Shown: positions 1-9,588 of the stretch, piece by piece
How positions within the stretch are numbered: the first letter of the stretch is position 1
Layout: every line of letters begins with the position of its first letter
Assembly: GCA_037447605.1 (NCBI GenBank)
Contig: JBBHKD010000035.1
Coordinates: forward strand, 1-16,948
Length of the DNA stretch: 16,948 nt
Direction: 5' to 3'
Origin: Zygnema circumcarinatum SAG 698-1b
Lineage: Eukaryota > Plantae > Zygnematophyceae
Notes under the pieces: model-generated
Told to the model about the DNA's origin: nothing
Databases searched by the model: none
The model's input: only the letters and a program-made list of their open reading frames with translations
Position numbers and translations under genes: made by a program

Positions 1-631
1 GAGTTTGAGTGTCTGACGAGGTAATGGCGAAGCGGGAAGGAAGCGTGGCGAAGCTTGGCCCAGCTATGCGAGACGAGGTGTGCGGCGGCAAGGAACTAGA
101 TGCGGCTGTAGGTTTCACGAGGCCCGGCTAGCGTCCCGGTATTCTGAGAGTCGCCCACTTTCGGACTTCGGTCACATGGGGTTTACAATGGCCCGGACGC
201 GGCGTGACATGTGTGTGTCGGCGTCATGGGTGCTACGCCTATAAACCACTAGTTTTATTATAGGGAGGTAACCCGCCCTTACTTACTCTTTTCGTAGTCG
301 AATTCTTGTGCATTGCACGCTGCGTCTTTCTTTAGGTACACTTTCGCTGTGTCGTGAGGTAGTGAGTAAGAGGGACCTTAAGTGGTGGGAGAACTTCATT
401 ATGGGAAGACATTTTTATTATAAGGAGTTTTAGGCGGTAGGCTTTCTCTAACAACGCTCATTGTGATTTCATTTGTCTCGGCGTCTTGTAGCTTCGTTGC
501 ATTTGTTATGAAGATGAGTGAAGTAGATAGAGCTTTGAGTGTTTGAATGTCTTCGTCGGTGGGAACTCAAGTTCGATGGAGGCGACACGGGGTGGCGGGA
601 AGTGAAAGGGAAGCGGAACCCACCTTGGACA
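1..631 (+). repeat. Host copia 5' LTR (3' part; about 380 bp inferred to lie upstream of the window)
   Basis: Reverse complement aligns by eye with ~13926-14565 and ~8541-9190 (shared blocks such as ctcactacctc[ag]cgacac, aaaactccttataataaa, aaacactcaaagct). Ends ...ttggaCA at 631, just before the PBS. Confidence 0.88.
240..245 (+). promoter_or_regulatory. Putative TATA box in host copia LTR
   Basis: TATAAA at 240-245. The equivalent position in the nested LTRs carries TATATA (8928-8933, 14321-14326). Confidence 0.5.
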
Positions 632-633
632 AG

Positions 634-645
634 TGGTATCGAGCC
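634..645 (+). other. Primer-binding site (tRNA-iMet type) of host copia
   Basis: tggtatcgagcc lies 2 nt after the LTR end and is one deletion from canonical TGGTATCAGAGC. Confidence 0.85.
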
Positions 646-649
646 CGAG

Positions 650-1371
650 GTGGCGAGGGAGGGACCCGCGTGAGATTCGGCATCGGCGTTCGATGGATTG
701 GTTACAAGGGGTGGAGATGGTGGCTGAGGTTTCCCTTGCTTCGTGGAGCAGCAAGGCATTGGGAATACGTTAGCCCGGCACCCTCAAGAGCCTTGCGGTC
801 TTGGCCGGTGAGGCAGCGGAGGCGGCGGTCGGAGTTCGACCACGGCCGGATGGAGGGACCAAGAGCAACAAGGCCTCACCGGTCGTCATGGCGTGAGGGA
901 AGTCCCTGTCTTCCACATCTTTGTATGACCTTAAAAGGAAACTTCACATGCTTTATGTGGAGATGTAGAGGAGATATTATGGCCAGTAAGGATAACGTAA
1001 CAATAGTCAGCCTTTACACGCAGCTTGGGAAAATGAAGATGTCCTCGGAAGAGAAGTTGAGTGAATATATGGTCAGATTTGATACTCTAATGGAGAGAGA
1101 GATTTATAGCTATAAGCGGATTAGAGGAGACCATAAAAATGTTGGGATTTAGGGGGTAACAGCGATTTGATGTAGCGGTTGCGGCTCTTAGAAGCTGTTC
1201 TAACCCAGTTTTAAAGTGATGACCCTTGAGCAAAGTGACAGGAGGATCAAGGAGGAGAATGTATCCCCGAGAGCGTTGCAAGAGCCGCAAGGAGAAGGTG
1301 TTGGCGGCTGCGCTCCACGACAAGTTGAGAGGTGCGTAGAAGGCGGACCGTGAGGAGCAGCCACTAGCGGG
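650..1371 (+). pseudogene. gag: Host copia gag, N-terminal part (frameshifted, truncated by gypsy insertion)
   Basis: ORF 547-1152 contains GYKGWRWWLRF..WEYV, which resembles the DG.NY..W..LW start of copia Gag. It also contains KDNVTIVSLYTQLGKMKMSSEEKLSEYMVRFDTL (UBN2/Retrotran_gag_2-like). Colinear with 13190-13910 on the - strand. Start is approximate. Confidence 0.8.
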
Positions 1372-2056
1372 TGTAACAACACGCCCTGGCGAGAAGTGTT
1401 TGCTTTCTGAAGTCTAAGTGTCCAGAGAGGAAGGGAGAGAGGGCGTGGGCGCTCAATGTCTTTGAGTACAAGAGCTTCCGGATGGTCTCCCATCCGGGCG
1501 CAGCTGCTAAAGCTCCCAGGTTGAACCCCACCCGGCATGGAGGGGCCAGAGGCGGGGCCTTGTCCCAGGCAGCGTGAATCCTTAGCAATTGCTCGGTAGG
1601 ACAAGCGTGGTCTCATGCGCATCTCACGGGGCGCGTCGCAGCTTATGGCCGCTGCTGCGGAAGTCATCAGCGGCGCCGCAATTTAAAGATACGGCGAGTA
1701 GAGATGCAGCCGGCGATAAATGCGATGTCTGAGGGCGGTACTTATCAAAATACCGCGCATCTTTCGCGGGTGCAAATGCTTGGCCCGGCCCGGTGTCTTG
1801 CGGCACGTCCCGGCTGGCCTTGTGGCTTGAATCTGGCTGGCGGGATCCATATGTGGGTGCGATCCGTACACCTGTACGGACGACGATTACGATCAAAGTC
1901 CCTTGCACGCAGCGAGGTCGAGCCCAAGACTCTTGCGGTCTTTGGCGGCGTCCTAACCTAACCGCTGGCTGGCTGAGAGATGAAGGATGAGTCGCCATTA
2001 TCGCTTATGATGCGCCCCTCGGGGGTCGCATATTTACGTAGCGATTCATACATTAC
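1372..2056 (-). repeat. Gypsy 3' LTR (~685 bp)
   Basis: Colinear with 6914-7584 (shared gtctaagtgtc, ggatggtctcccatc, gttgaacccca, gcggggccttgtc, gatccgtacacctgtacggacga, gagcccaagac, gagatgaaggat). The right boundary is uncertain by a few bp. Confidence 0.88.
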
Positions 2057-2062
2057 TCCCCC
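2057..2062 (-). other. Gypsy polypurine tract
   Basis: ctccccc reads GGGGGAG on the coding strand and abuts the 3' LTR. Confidence 0.65.
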
Positions 2063-2249
2063 ATGAGTATGTGACGCCCTGCGTTCCTTTGGGGAAGGCT
2101 ATGTAATCTTGGCGGCCAGCGATTTAAGAATGCAGCGCCTCTAAATGCAGATTATGCAGGAGGGCTCGGCGTTAATCCCGGTCAAGTCCCCTTTTCGAGT
2201 AAGCGTGGGCGGTTCGGGAACCCCCTAACGCCCTAGCCGCTGGCTGATG

Positions 2250-2583
2250 CAAGCCTCCGGTACAATCTCGAGGAGCTCCGCTGCGGTGTCCGGTGCTCTC
2301 ACGATCCCGTGCTATGTTCAACCCCATAGCCCAGCATTTCCGCGGATATTAGGTGGCGGAAGTCGACCTCTACTCCTGCGATCCTGTGGGTTTGGATGGC
2401 CTCTACCTCATACTCGAGGTCACCCTCAACTTCCACTGGAGGGGGAGGTGGTTGGACTCTCCCATCGCTGCGGTATGCCTTAAGAAGACCCACATGAAAG
2501 ACCGGATGCACTTTCATATGAGCCGGTAAAGCCAACCGGTAAGCGACCTCACCGATTCGCTTCACGACCGAAAAAGGTCCCAT
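2250..2583 (-). CDS. pol: Gypsy integrase C-terminus: GPF/Y module plus chromodomain (3' part frameshifted)
   Basis: GPFSVVKRIGEVAYRLALPAHMKVHPVFHVGLLK is the GPY/F module. It is followed by a Pro linker and EYEVEAIQTHR...LGYGVEH, a chromodomain start that begins at ~2416. Confidence 0.88.
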
Positions 2584-3620
2584 GGCGAGGCCACAACACC
2601 ACGGGTTCAGCGTAAGTCTTGAACACTGGGATTACGTAGGTACTCGGCCGGTACTGATGCCTTCCGCGGTGAAGGTCAATACGGCGGCGATCGGCATAGG
2701 CTTTACCAGCGGCCCGGAATTTCTTGCTGAGATTACCGCTTTGGTCCTGTAGCGCCTCGGACATTTTTCGGTGAAGCACTAACGGCCGGGAGGTTGACTC
2801 CTTGACTCATGCCCCGAGGATGCGGGAGCACGTGAACATCCATGTTTCCCGCACATGCGAGGCTGGCGATCTCTTGGCTGGAAGGGATTTAGAAGGTCTT
2901 GACGGCGGATTCAGGAAGAAAGGTGGTACGCCGATTGATTCTGGAATGCATTATTAATATGGCGTGCCTTTCGACCCTTTGAAGGCGATTCATCCCATCC
3001 ATCGGATGGGTGTCCCACATAATACCTCGAATGGTCTTCGAGAATCCGGTTAACCTCTCGATGCGCCCATGCATGCGAGGGTGGAAGGTACGTACTCCAT
3101 AGCACAACTTAGTCCCGATATCACAGGAGGATTTCTTTCGAGAAATGCCACTGTGAATGAATATCACGTCAGGAGATGATCTTTCGATTGAAGTCCATGT
3201 TGACTCCAGACCTTGTCAACGTAGAGTCGTGCGATTTCATCGGCTCCAGCTGTCTTAGCAGTGGGTGCAAAGTGCACCATCTTGCTGAGCCGGTCGACGA
3301 ACACGAGGATGGAGTCAAAACCCCTAACTGTCACAGGTAAATCTGTGATCAAATCCATACCCACACTCTCCCACTTCCGGTAAGGAGGGGCGAGGGGCTG
3401 GAGCAAGCCAGGCACAGGTCCCGTGCGAGGCTTATCCCGCTGACAAGTTGGGCATGCGAGTACATACGCCTCCACGTCCGCTGTAATTCCGGGCCACCAG
3501 AATTCTCGGAGCAGTGCTTCACGGGTTTTGGCAACTCCCATATGGCCTCATGCGAGGATGCGTGCATCTCACCGGTGGCTGCGATGCAGATCGGCCCAGC
3601 AGGTACGACTTAGCTGGCGA
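2584..3620 (-). pseudogene. pol: Gypsy integrase (zinc-binding domain and rve core), frameshifted in parts
   Basis: ORF 3164-3541 reads MGVAKTREALLREFWWPGITADVEAYVLACPTCQRDK...LLQPL...WESVGMDLITDLP...DSILVFVDRLSKMVHF, a typical gypsy integrase. Confidence 0.9.
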
Positions 3621-3879
3621 TGCGTGGTACCAAAGACCGTCCCAGCTTACGAGCTTGTTCTTATAGCCATTGCCTTGGCGATCGGAACAAAGGATCGCGA
3701 TTATTGCCCCTCACAGATCATCATGCATCGGAAGGCGAGGAGGGCGAGCTGGAATCGGCGGTGGAGGGTTTATGACATAAAACATCTTTGGAGATATGCT
3801 TATTTGGGTTGGCACACGCCCCACCGTCTCCACCATCTCGTACACTAGCGCTCAGTCGACGGCATCATCGAGCTAGATG

Positions 3880-4191
3880 AATGGGTTTGCGCGCTTTCCG
3901 ATGGGTCGCTTCACATTCCCGGCCTTTGACCACATACCCGCGCGGTCGAGCCGGGTTGGAGGAACTTCAGAGACCCCGGCGTGCTGCCTGAAGAAGAATG
4001 CAACTTTGCAGTGGGGAAGGGAACGTCGGTGGACGGTGAAGTGCATTGACCCGGCAATGGCTGCCACGGCTTTCACTCAATAACAACGCCATATTCTCGG
4101 GCGTGAACAGCGGCCAAGAGCTCTTGCTCTGTGGCGGAGTAGTTTCGCTCAGCTGGGTTCATCTTGCGACTTTCGTAAGCAAGAGGTTGGT
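3880..4191 (-). pseudogene. pol: Gypsy RNase H (N-terminal part lost in assembly gap)
   Basis: Manual translation from 4189 gives QPLAYESRKMNPAERNYSATEQELLAAVHA, the gypsy RH motif, then frameshifts. The lower boundary is approximate. Confidence 0.85.
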
Positions 4192-4201
4192 NNNNNNNNN
4201 N
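4192..4201. other. Assembly gap (10 N); further 10-N gaps at 5232-5241 and 5463-5472
   Basis: Runs of N in the sequence. The identical 10-base length suggests placeholder gaps of unknown size. Confidence 0.95.
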
Positions 4202-5880
4202 CACTTCTTTCTCTTGGCATAAAAAGTGTGTTTTCGCAACACCTCGAACACTTTGCGTACATGCACAAGATGTTCAGCGTCCGTCTTGCTGAATACCAGG
4301 ATATCATCCAGGTAGACCAGGACAAACTCATCCATGCCGACGAACATCTCGTTCATCACAGCTTGGAACGAAGCCGGAGCGTTAGTCAGTCCAAAAGGCA
4401 GCACCTTGTATTGGAAGTGACCGATTGGCGTTCGAAAAGCCGTCTTAGGCACATCAGCATCCGTGACACGGATTTGATGATACCCTTGGGCAAGGTCAAG
4501 CGAGGTGAACACCTTCGCCCCTTGTAGGCGATCCAGCAGATCGTCTATTCGCGGTAAAGCAAACCTGTTCTTTACCGTGATCTTATTGAGTGCTTGATAA
4601 TCGATGCACATCCGCAAAGATCCATCCTTTTTTCCAACAAAAAGGATAGGAGCCCCAAAGGGGCTTTGCCTGGGTTCAATCCAGCCCTTATCACGCAGAT
4701 TAGCGAGTTGTTTCCGCATCTCCTCAGTCTCCTTTGGGCTAAGCCTATAGATAGGCCTCCAAGGAGGTTTCTGTTCTGGCTCAAGGGGTATGGTATGCCC
4801 CACCCCGCGGGCTGGAGGCAAACCCCTTTGCAGATCGTCTAGGAACACATCCCCAAACGCCTTCAACAAAGGTTGAAACGCAGCTGGAACAGTTGGCAAT
4901 GCCTCACCCGCAGTGGGTTGCCATTCCTGGTCCTCGTCATGAGCATCCTCGGTTGCCGTCATGACTTGCACCATAAACAAGATGCTATTCGTTTTTAGTG
5001 CCTTGCCTACTTGCATGGCTGAGCACAGAAACGACAAAGACGACTGCGAAGAGGCCAGTCCAGAGGGACAGCCTGGTTGCAGCGTTATGCGTCTACCCTC
5101 ACTGCGGAGGACGCAATTAGGGACCACAAAATCCAGCTGAGCACCCATATGCGTCAGCCATTTGCTCCCCAAGAGAAAGTCTGTTCCTGGGGCCAACATC
5201 GTCAACAAGCAATTGACGACTCCGGAGTAGGNNNNNNNNNNCCCGGAGTAAGACTGAATCTTCAATTTCACGCTGACGCTGCCGGAAATCTGGCCCGTGC
5301 GTCCATCCCCGAAAGTTACACTATCGGAATGAGGCTGGACCGCAAACCCCGCAGTCCTGACAAAGGCTGCGCTAACAAAGTTAGCGTCCGCGCCAGTGTC
5401 CAGCAAAACCACAGCTGAGTGTCCATCGGCCGAACCCTGGAAGGTCATAGCACGATGAGACANNNNNNNNNNGGAAGGCCTTGCACCATCTGTAGGCAGA
5501 GCGTCGGTTTGGACGGCAGCTGCATACATCAGCCCATCATCCAGAGGCCCCCAAGGTTCCAAGGTACGAGGATTCAGCCGAAGCCGTCTCCGAACGTACG
5601 GCTTCAAGCCATGACTGAACCGAAAGAAGAATTCTTGGGGTCCAGGTGGGAACTTGGTAATTGAAGCCCAAGCCCCACGCAATTCCCGTAGGAATTCAGC
5701 CACGCTTCTAGTCTGCATGAGCGACTGGAACCTGTCCCGTGCAGCAGCACTGGGATCCAAGATTCCAAAGTGTTTGAGAAGTTCCGACTCAAACTTCTCA
5801 AAGTCAATTCCGATTAGCACCTTGCGGCCGGCATAGACACTCCATGCCACGCCCCTCAAAGCGGGTGAAGCAAAGTTCAC
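4202..5880 (-). CDS. gag-pol: Gypsy Gag capsid region, aspartic protease and reverse transcriptase (part of track ORF 4159-5880, interrupted by N gaps)
   Basis: Retrotrans_gag-like FESELLKHF..ARDRFQSLMQTRSVAEF..RFSHGLKPYVR is present. Protease LLDTGADANFVS has DTG at 5392-5400. RT reads PIYRLSPKE..SPFGAPILFVGKKDGSLRMCIDY..LDLAQGYHQIR..KTAFRT..PFGLTNAPASFQ..YLDD, with YLDD at 4303-4314. Confidence 0.95.
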
Positions 5881-6843
5881 CCATTATTCGGAGGCATTGG
5901 GTAGCACCACGGGCCTGCACTTTGCCCGACGATGATCAATTGGGCGGTCGGAATACCGACGTTCTCCCCATGGAGATGGAGACCGCCCGATTTCTCGGGG
6001 AGGGTCACGCAAAACCGGGGCGGACCCCCAATGGGGGTAAGCCCGTCACTTAACGGCACCGGCCGAAGGTGGATTAACATGCGGCGGTCGCCCTCGCTTC
6101 AAAAGGAGCGGTACGCGGTACGCTCCAGCAGAAGGGGCGGTGGCCGAGGCGAGCACCAGCCCCTGCGTGGTAGGGCGCCAAATGGACCGCCCGTACCGAG
6201 CAGCGGACAGCGAAGGGTCACTACTGCGCCCTCATGGTGGCTGCGGCTCCTCACAGGAGGCTGCCGCCTCTCTTGTAACAAACAAATGCTACGGGGAGGA
6301 GGGGTTCAGCTGGAAAGCTTACCGGTGGGCACGGAGGGAGGTCAGCCGGTTGCGCATTACTACGCTCAAAAGATCTGCGCCCGAGGGGCTCCCATTTTCT
6401 TGGAGCAGCGTCTGGCGGCTGGCCATCGAGCGGCGCCTCCTCCCGGCCAGCGGGCGCTTATCCGCGCTGGCCTCCGCTCGGCGGAGGACTTCATCCCCAT
6501 CCACGGGGATGGGCACCCCCATACTCACCGGGGGTGTCCGGGTGCTCTGCCCGCCGAAGGGGGCAGCCCCTTCCGACCGCTGCCGGGGCGCCTCAGGTGG
6601 AGGCGCTGCCGCTCCATGCGGCGGCGACTGGCGCTGCTCCTCTCGCAGCGGCTGGTCGCGGAGTTCCGGTCCTCGCGAAGAAGAAGGGGCAGCCGGAGGT
6701 GGGACCGAAGGCCCAGGGCCCGTGTCCATGGGGCCGCCGAAATCGCGCCCCTGGTTCGCGCCCATGTCCACGGCCTCCTCCGAATCGGGAGAGGGAGGAG
6801 GTGAATGGCGTGACGCCATTTGTTTCGGCCGCGCCCTCGACAT
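5881..6843 (-). pseudogene. gag: Gypsy Gag N-terminal Pro/Ala-rich region (frameshifted)
   Basis: ORF 6319-6843 starts ~58 nt after the PBS and leads, via broken frames, into the Gag capsid segment. It is low complexity with no recognised domain. Confidence 0.5.
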
Positions 6844-6900
6844 CGCCTAGCAGAGCTTGCTAGCCCCACCCCAAAAGAAAATCCCGAGTTTCTAAACTCG

Positions 6901-6912
6901 GCTCTGATACCA
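6901..6912 (-). other. Gypsy primer-binding site, tRNA-iMet
   Basis: gctctgatacca is the reverse complement of TGGTATCAGAGC (exact) and lies 1 nt from the LTR. Confidence 0.95.
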
Positions 6913-6913
6913 A

Positions 6914-7584
6914 TGTAACAACCTGCCCCCTGGCAGGCTGCTCTGAAAGTCTAAGTGTCAAAGAGAGAGAAGAGGAGAGAGAGAGAGGAGCGTGAGCTCA
7001 ATGCTGGTACAAAGAGCTCGGATGGTCTCCCATCGAGGTAGCGCGGTAACCGTTGAACCCCACCGGCATGGAGGACCCGGAAGCGGGGCCTTGTCGAGCC
7101 GCCCGGCGTAAAGCGTGAATCGCGCCAGCCGAGGATTATGGCTAGGGCCAGCGATGGTCTCGCCACATCTCCGCGGGGGCAGCGTCGCAGCAGCGGCGGC
7201 GCCGTCGTCTGCCCGGCGGCTGCGACTTCATCGGCCAGTGGTCTGTCGGCTCCCGTCCCGTGCGATGCGGGCGGTACTTGTCAAGATGCACGCCGCCGCA
7301 TCTCTGGGTAGATCTTGCAGCCGGCCCGGTGTCGCGGCGTCGCGGCGGCGGCAACCAGATCTCGGCCGCGGGATCCATCTGTCGGTGCGTCCGTACACCT
7401 GTACGGACGACCAGTACGATCCAAAAGAGATCCCTTTACTGCAACGAGGATCGAGCCCAAGACCTCTTCGCGGTCTAGCAGCGACGTCTAACCTAACATG
7501 AGGCGAGATGAAGGATAGTCATGAGTATCCTTGTAAGTGCGCTAACCTCGAGTCACTTGTAGCGTTAAGCTACGGCGTGTTACT
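6914..7584 (-). repeat. Gypsy 5' LTR (~670 bp)
   Basis: Begins tgtaacaac and ends ...gtgttact, forming an imperfect terminal inverted repeat TGTAAC/GTTAC. Direct repeat of 1372-2056. Confidence 0.88.
6960..6990. repeat. GA-rich simple repeat within gypsy LTR
   Basis: aagagagagaagaggagagagagagaggag. A shorter equivalent lies at ~1412-1442 in the other LTR. Confidence 0.7.
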
Positions 7585-8540
7585 GCACGTCTTTGACAAG
7601 GCAGGGCCGCTTCTCGGCCGGCTATTCTGAAGCAAGGAAACACCCAAGATGCGAGGTGGAGGAGCATCGTCATCCGTCAGAAGGGATTCAAAGGGAATAC
7701 ACTTCCAAATGCAAGCGAGGAGCCACAAACGCAGTTGAGTAGGTGGAGGCGAATCTCATCTTTGGCCCGAACATTCTGATTTTGTTGGGAAGATCCGGTT
7801 AGCGGATGCGAAGCGGCCATGGTACGTCGACTCGGCGCTTCCGCATGGCGATGGCGAATGTTCTCACATTTGGACACCTTGGAAGGACGGTCTGTTCACT
7901 TTCGACCTTGGGAGGAGTGGCCAGTTACCAAAGGAGGTAGTAAAGATGATCACCGAGCGGCTGTCATCTGAAGAAGAAAGAAGAAGCGGTTGTGCATGGG
8001 TGGCGTACTTCACACCCACGGCTTTGAAAGCGAACTTCATGCGTTAGTCAAGTATATAAGAGGGGTACGAAGTCACCTTTAAGGAGAAGTCTTGTGTGAA
8101 GCCCCCTTTCCATACGTTAGAGGGAAGCCATTTGTTTGAGAATTTATGAAGGGAGCTGTATTACCTTCATTATGGGAGAGAAGAAGATGAGGTGTGATGG
8201 TAGCTGAGGGTCGCGATAAATCTTTGGCAATAAATGAACTTGGTCATCCTAAACCATAGGGGCCTGCTTGACTTACTATTTTGCAAGGGGGCTGGTCAGC
8301 GGGTTAGACACGATTGACATAGTTGAGAAAGAGCTAGGCTTTTGCAAAGAGTGTGTAGAGGGGAAGGCGCATCGGAGACCCTTTTCGAGGAGTGGAGAGG
8401 AATCATTTCACGCGCAGGAGAAACTGGAATTGGTACATACCGATTTGTGTGGCCCCAGCATTGCAAACCTTGGCGGGAGGAGCTCCGTACTTCATGCCTT
8501 CTCGACGATTTTAGAGGAAAATTTGAGAATGAAAATTACA
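7585..8540 (+). pseudogene. pol: Host copia fragment 2: end of gag (degenerate CCHC knuckle ~7700-7745), protease, GAG-pre-integrase and integrase N-terminus
   Basis: WYVDS(G) protease motif at 7820. FCKECVEGKAHRRPFSRSGEESFHAQEKLELVHTDLCGP lies in ORF 8268-8681. Colinear with 12220-13190 on the - strand. Confidence 0.9.
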
Positions 8541-9572
8541 TTTGAAGAAGGGAATTACGCTCTCCCCGCCAGGCGCCACCTGGTGTATAGCCCTCCGTTG
8601 GAACTTGAGTTCCCAGGACCAGAAGACATTGAAACACTCAAAGCTACATCTTACTTCACTCATAAGCCCATAACAGAATGAAGCTCTGAGACGAAGCGCA
8701 GTAGGAATCACAATGAGAGAGTGTTGGGGAAAGCTCACGGCTCTAAAACTCCTTATAATAAAGCTGTCTTCCCACAATGAGAGTTCTCCCACCAACTTCA
8801 AGGTCCCTCTTACTCCTTACCTCACGACACAGAAGTGTAGGCCTTTAGCGGCCTGGCGAGGTTAGGTAGACCCAGGAACTATAGCCGAGTAGTGTAGGTG
8901 GAGTTCTTCCCATGATAAAACTCGCACTATATAATATGGCGTCCGGGTGACGTGACACACATCGCGTCAGCGTCACCATTCTGGAAACCATACTGCGAGT
9001 GCAGTGGGCGCACCGGGGAAATAGCAACCTTTAGGCGCAAATGTAAACCTCTGGCTGGCCTTAGGCACCTAGTTAACTTGTCCGGATCTCGTACATCGTC
9101 AAAGATGCAGTTTTCTTGGATTTAGCGGCGCTCAGCCGGCGATCTTCCTTGCCCGACATCACCGGCCATTACACTTTCGAACTTCGCGGACCCATCGCGA
9201 AGTGGTCCGCGTCGCGTGGGATTCGCGCCAAATATCTTCCATGGATTTCGGCCCAGCACTGGCACTGCGCTCAGCGTTTTAGCGCCCGCGTCGCTGACAA
9301 TCGAGTAAGCTGTCAGGTGCCAGCGAATCAGCGGCGGCGCCTCGGCAATCCAGTTCTTGGCGATTCGTACTCCGCTTACTTGTGTCACAGCGCGGCAATC
9401 AGCGCCTTCGTTCGTACTCAGCGCACTCATGGCGCACTCACCAAAGTCGAGCACCGACATTCTTAGATCTAAAAGAGCACTCGCTGCTTGAGGATCTCAT
9501 GTTACAAACTGAGTACCACAACAAGTTAGTGTGTGCCAAACAAAGTCTAACTATCATACACAAACACTAACA
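8541..9572 (-). repeat. Nested copia 3' LTR
   Basis: Direct repeat of 13926-14948 (t[g]ttgaagaagg ... aaactgagtaccaca ... cactaaca). On the coding strand it starts TGTTAG right after the PPT. Confidence 0.9.
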
Positions 9573-9583
9573 ATCCCCCTCTT
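9573..9583 (-). other. Nested copia polypurine tract
   Basis: atccccctctt reads AAGAGGGGGAT on the coding strand, immediately before the LTR TG. Confidence 0.88.
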
Positions 9584-9588
9584 GGGAC

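Larger units (their letters stand above)
1372..7584 (-). mobile_element. Ty3/gypsy chromovirus LTR retrotransposon, both LTRs present, nested in host gag
   Basis: Direct repeats at 1372 and 6914 both begin tgtaacaac. A perfect iMet PBS and a PPT are present, and domain order is gag-PR-RT-RH-IN-chromodomain. No clean TSD was recovered. Confidence 0.93.

Noticed and set aside
634-645. Variant copia PBS sequences implying a different primer tRNA
   Set aside because: The host and nested variants differ from each other, and both are within one or two edits of the iMet PBS in noisy sequence.
547-1152. 201 aa ORF starting inside the LTR as a real gene
   Set aside because: It begins in U5, crosses the PBS and drifts in and out of the true Gag frame. 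The nested copy does not conserve this start.
5932-6863. Several long + strand ORFs (290, 236, 109 aa) antisense to gypsy gag
   Set aside because: These are Arg/Gly-rich shadow frames expected in very GC-rich sequence, with no recognisable domain.
8268-8681. 137 aa ORF as a novel integrase fusion protein
   Set aside because: Its C-terminal third is chance read-through into the antisense LTR beginning at 8541, and it is only a junction product.
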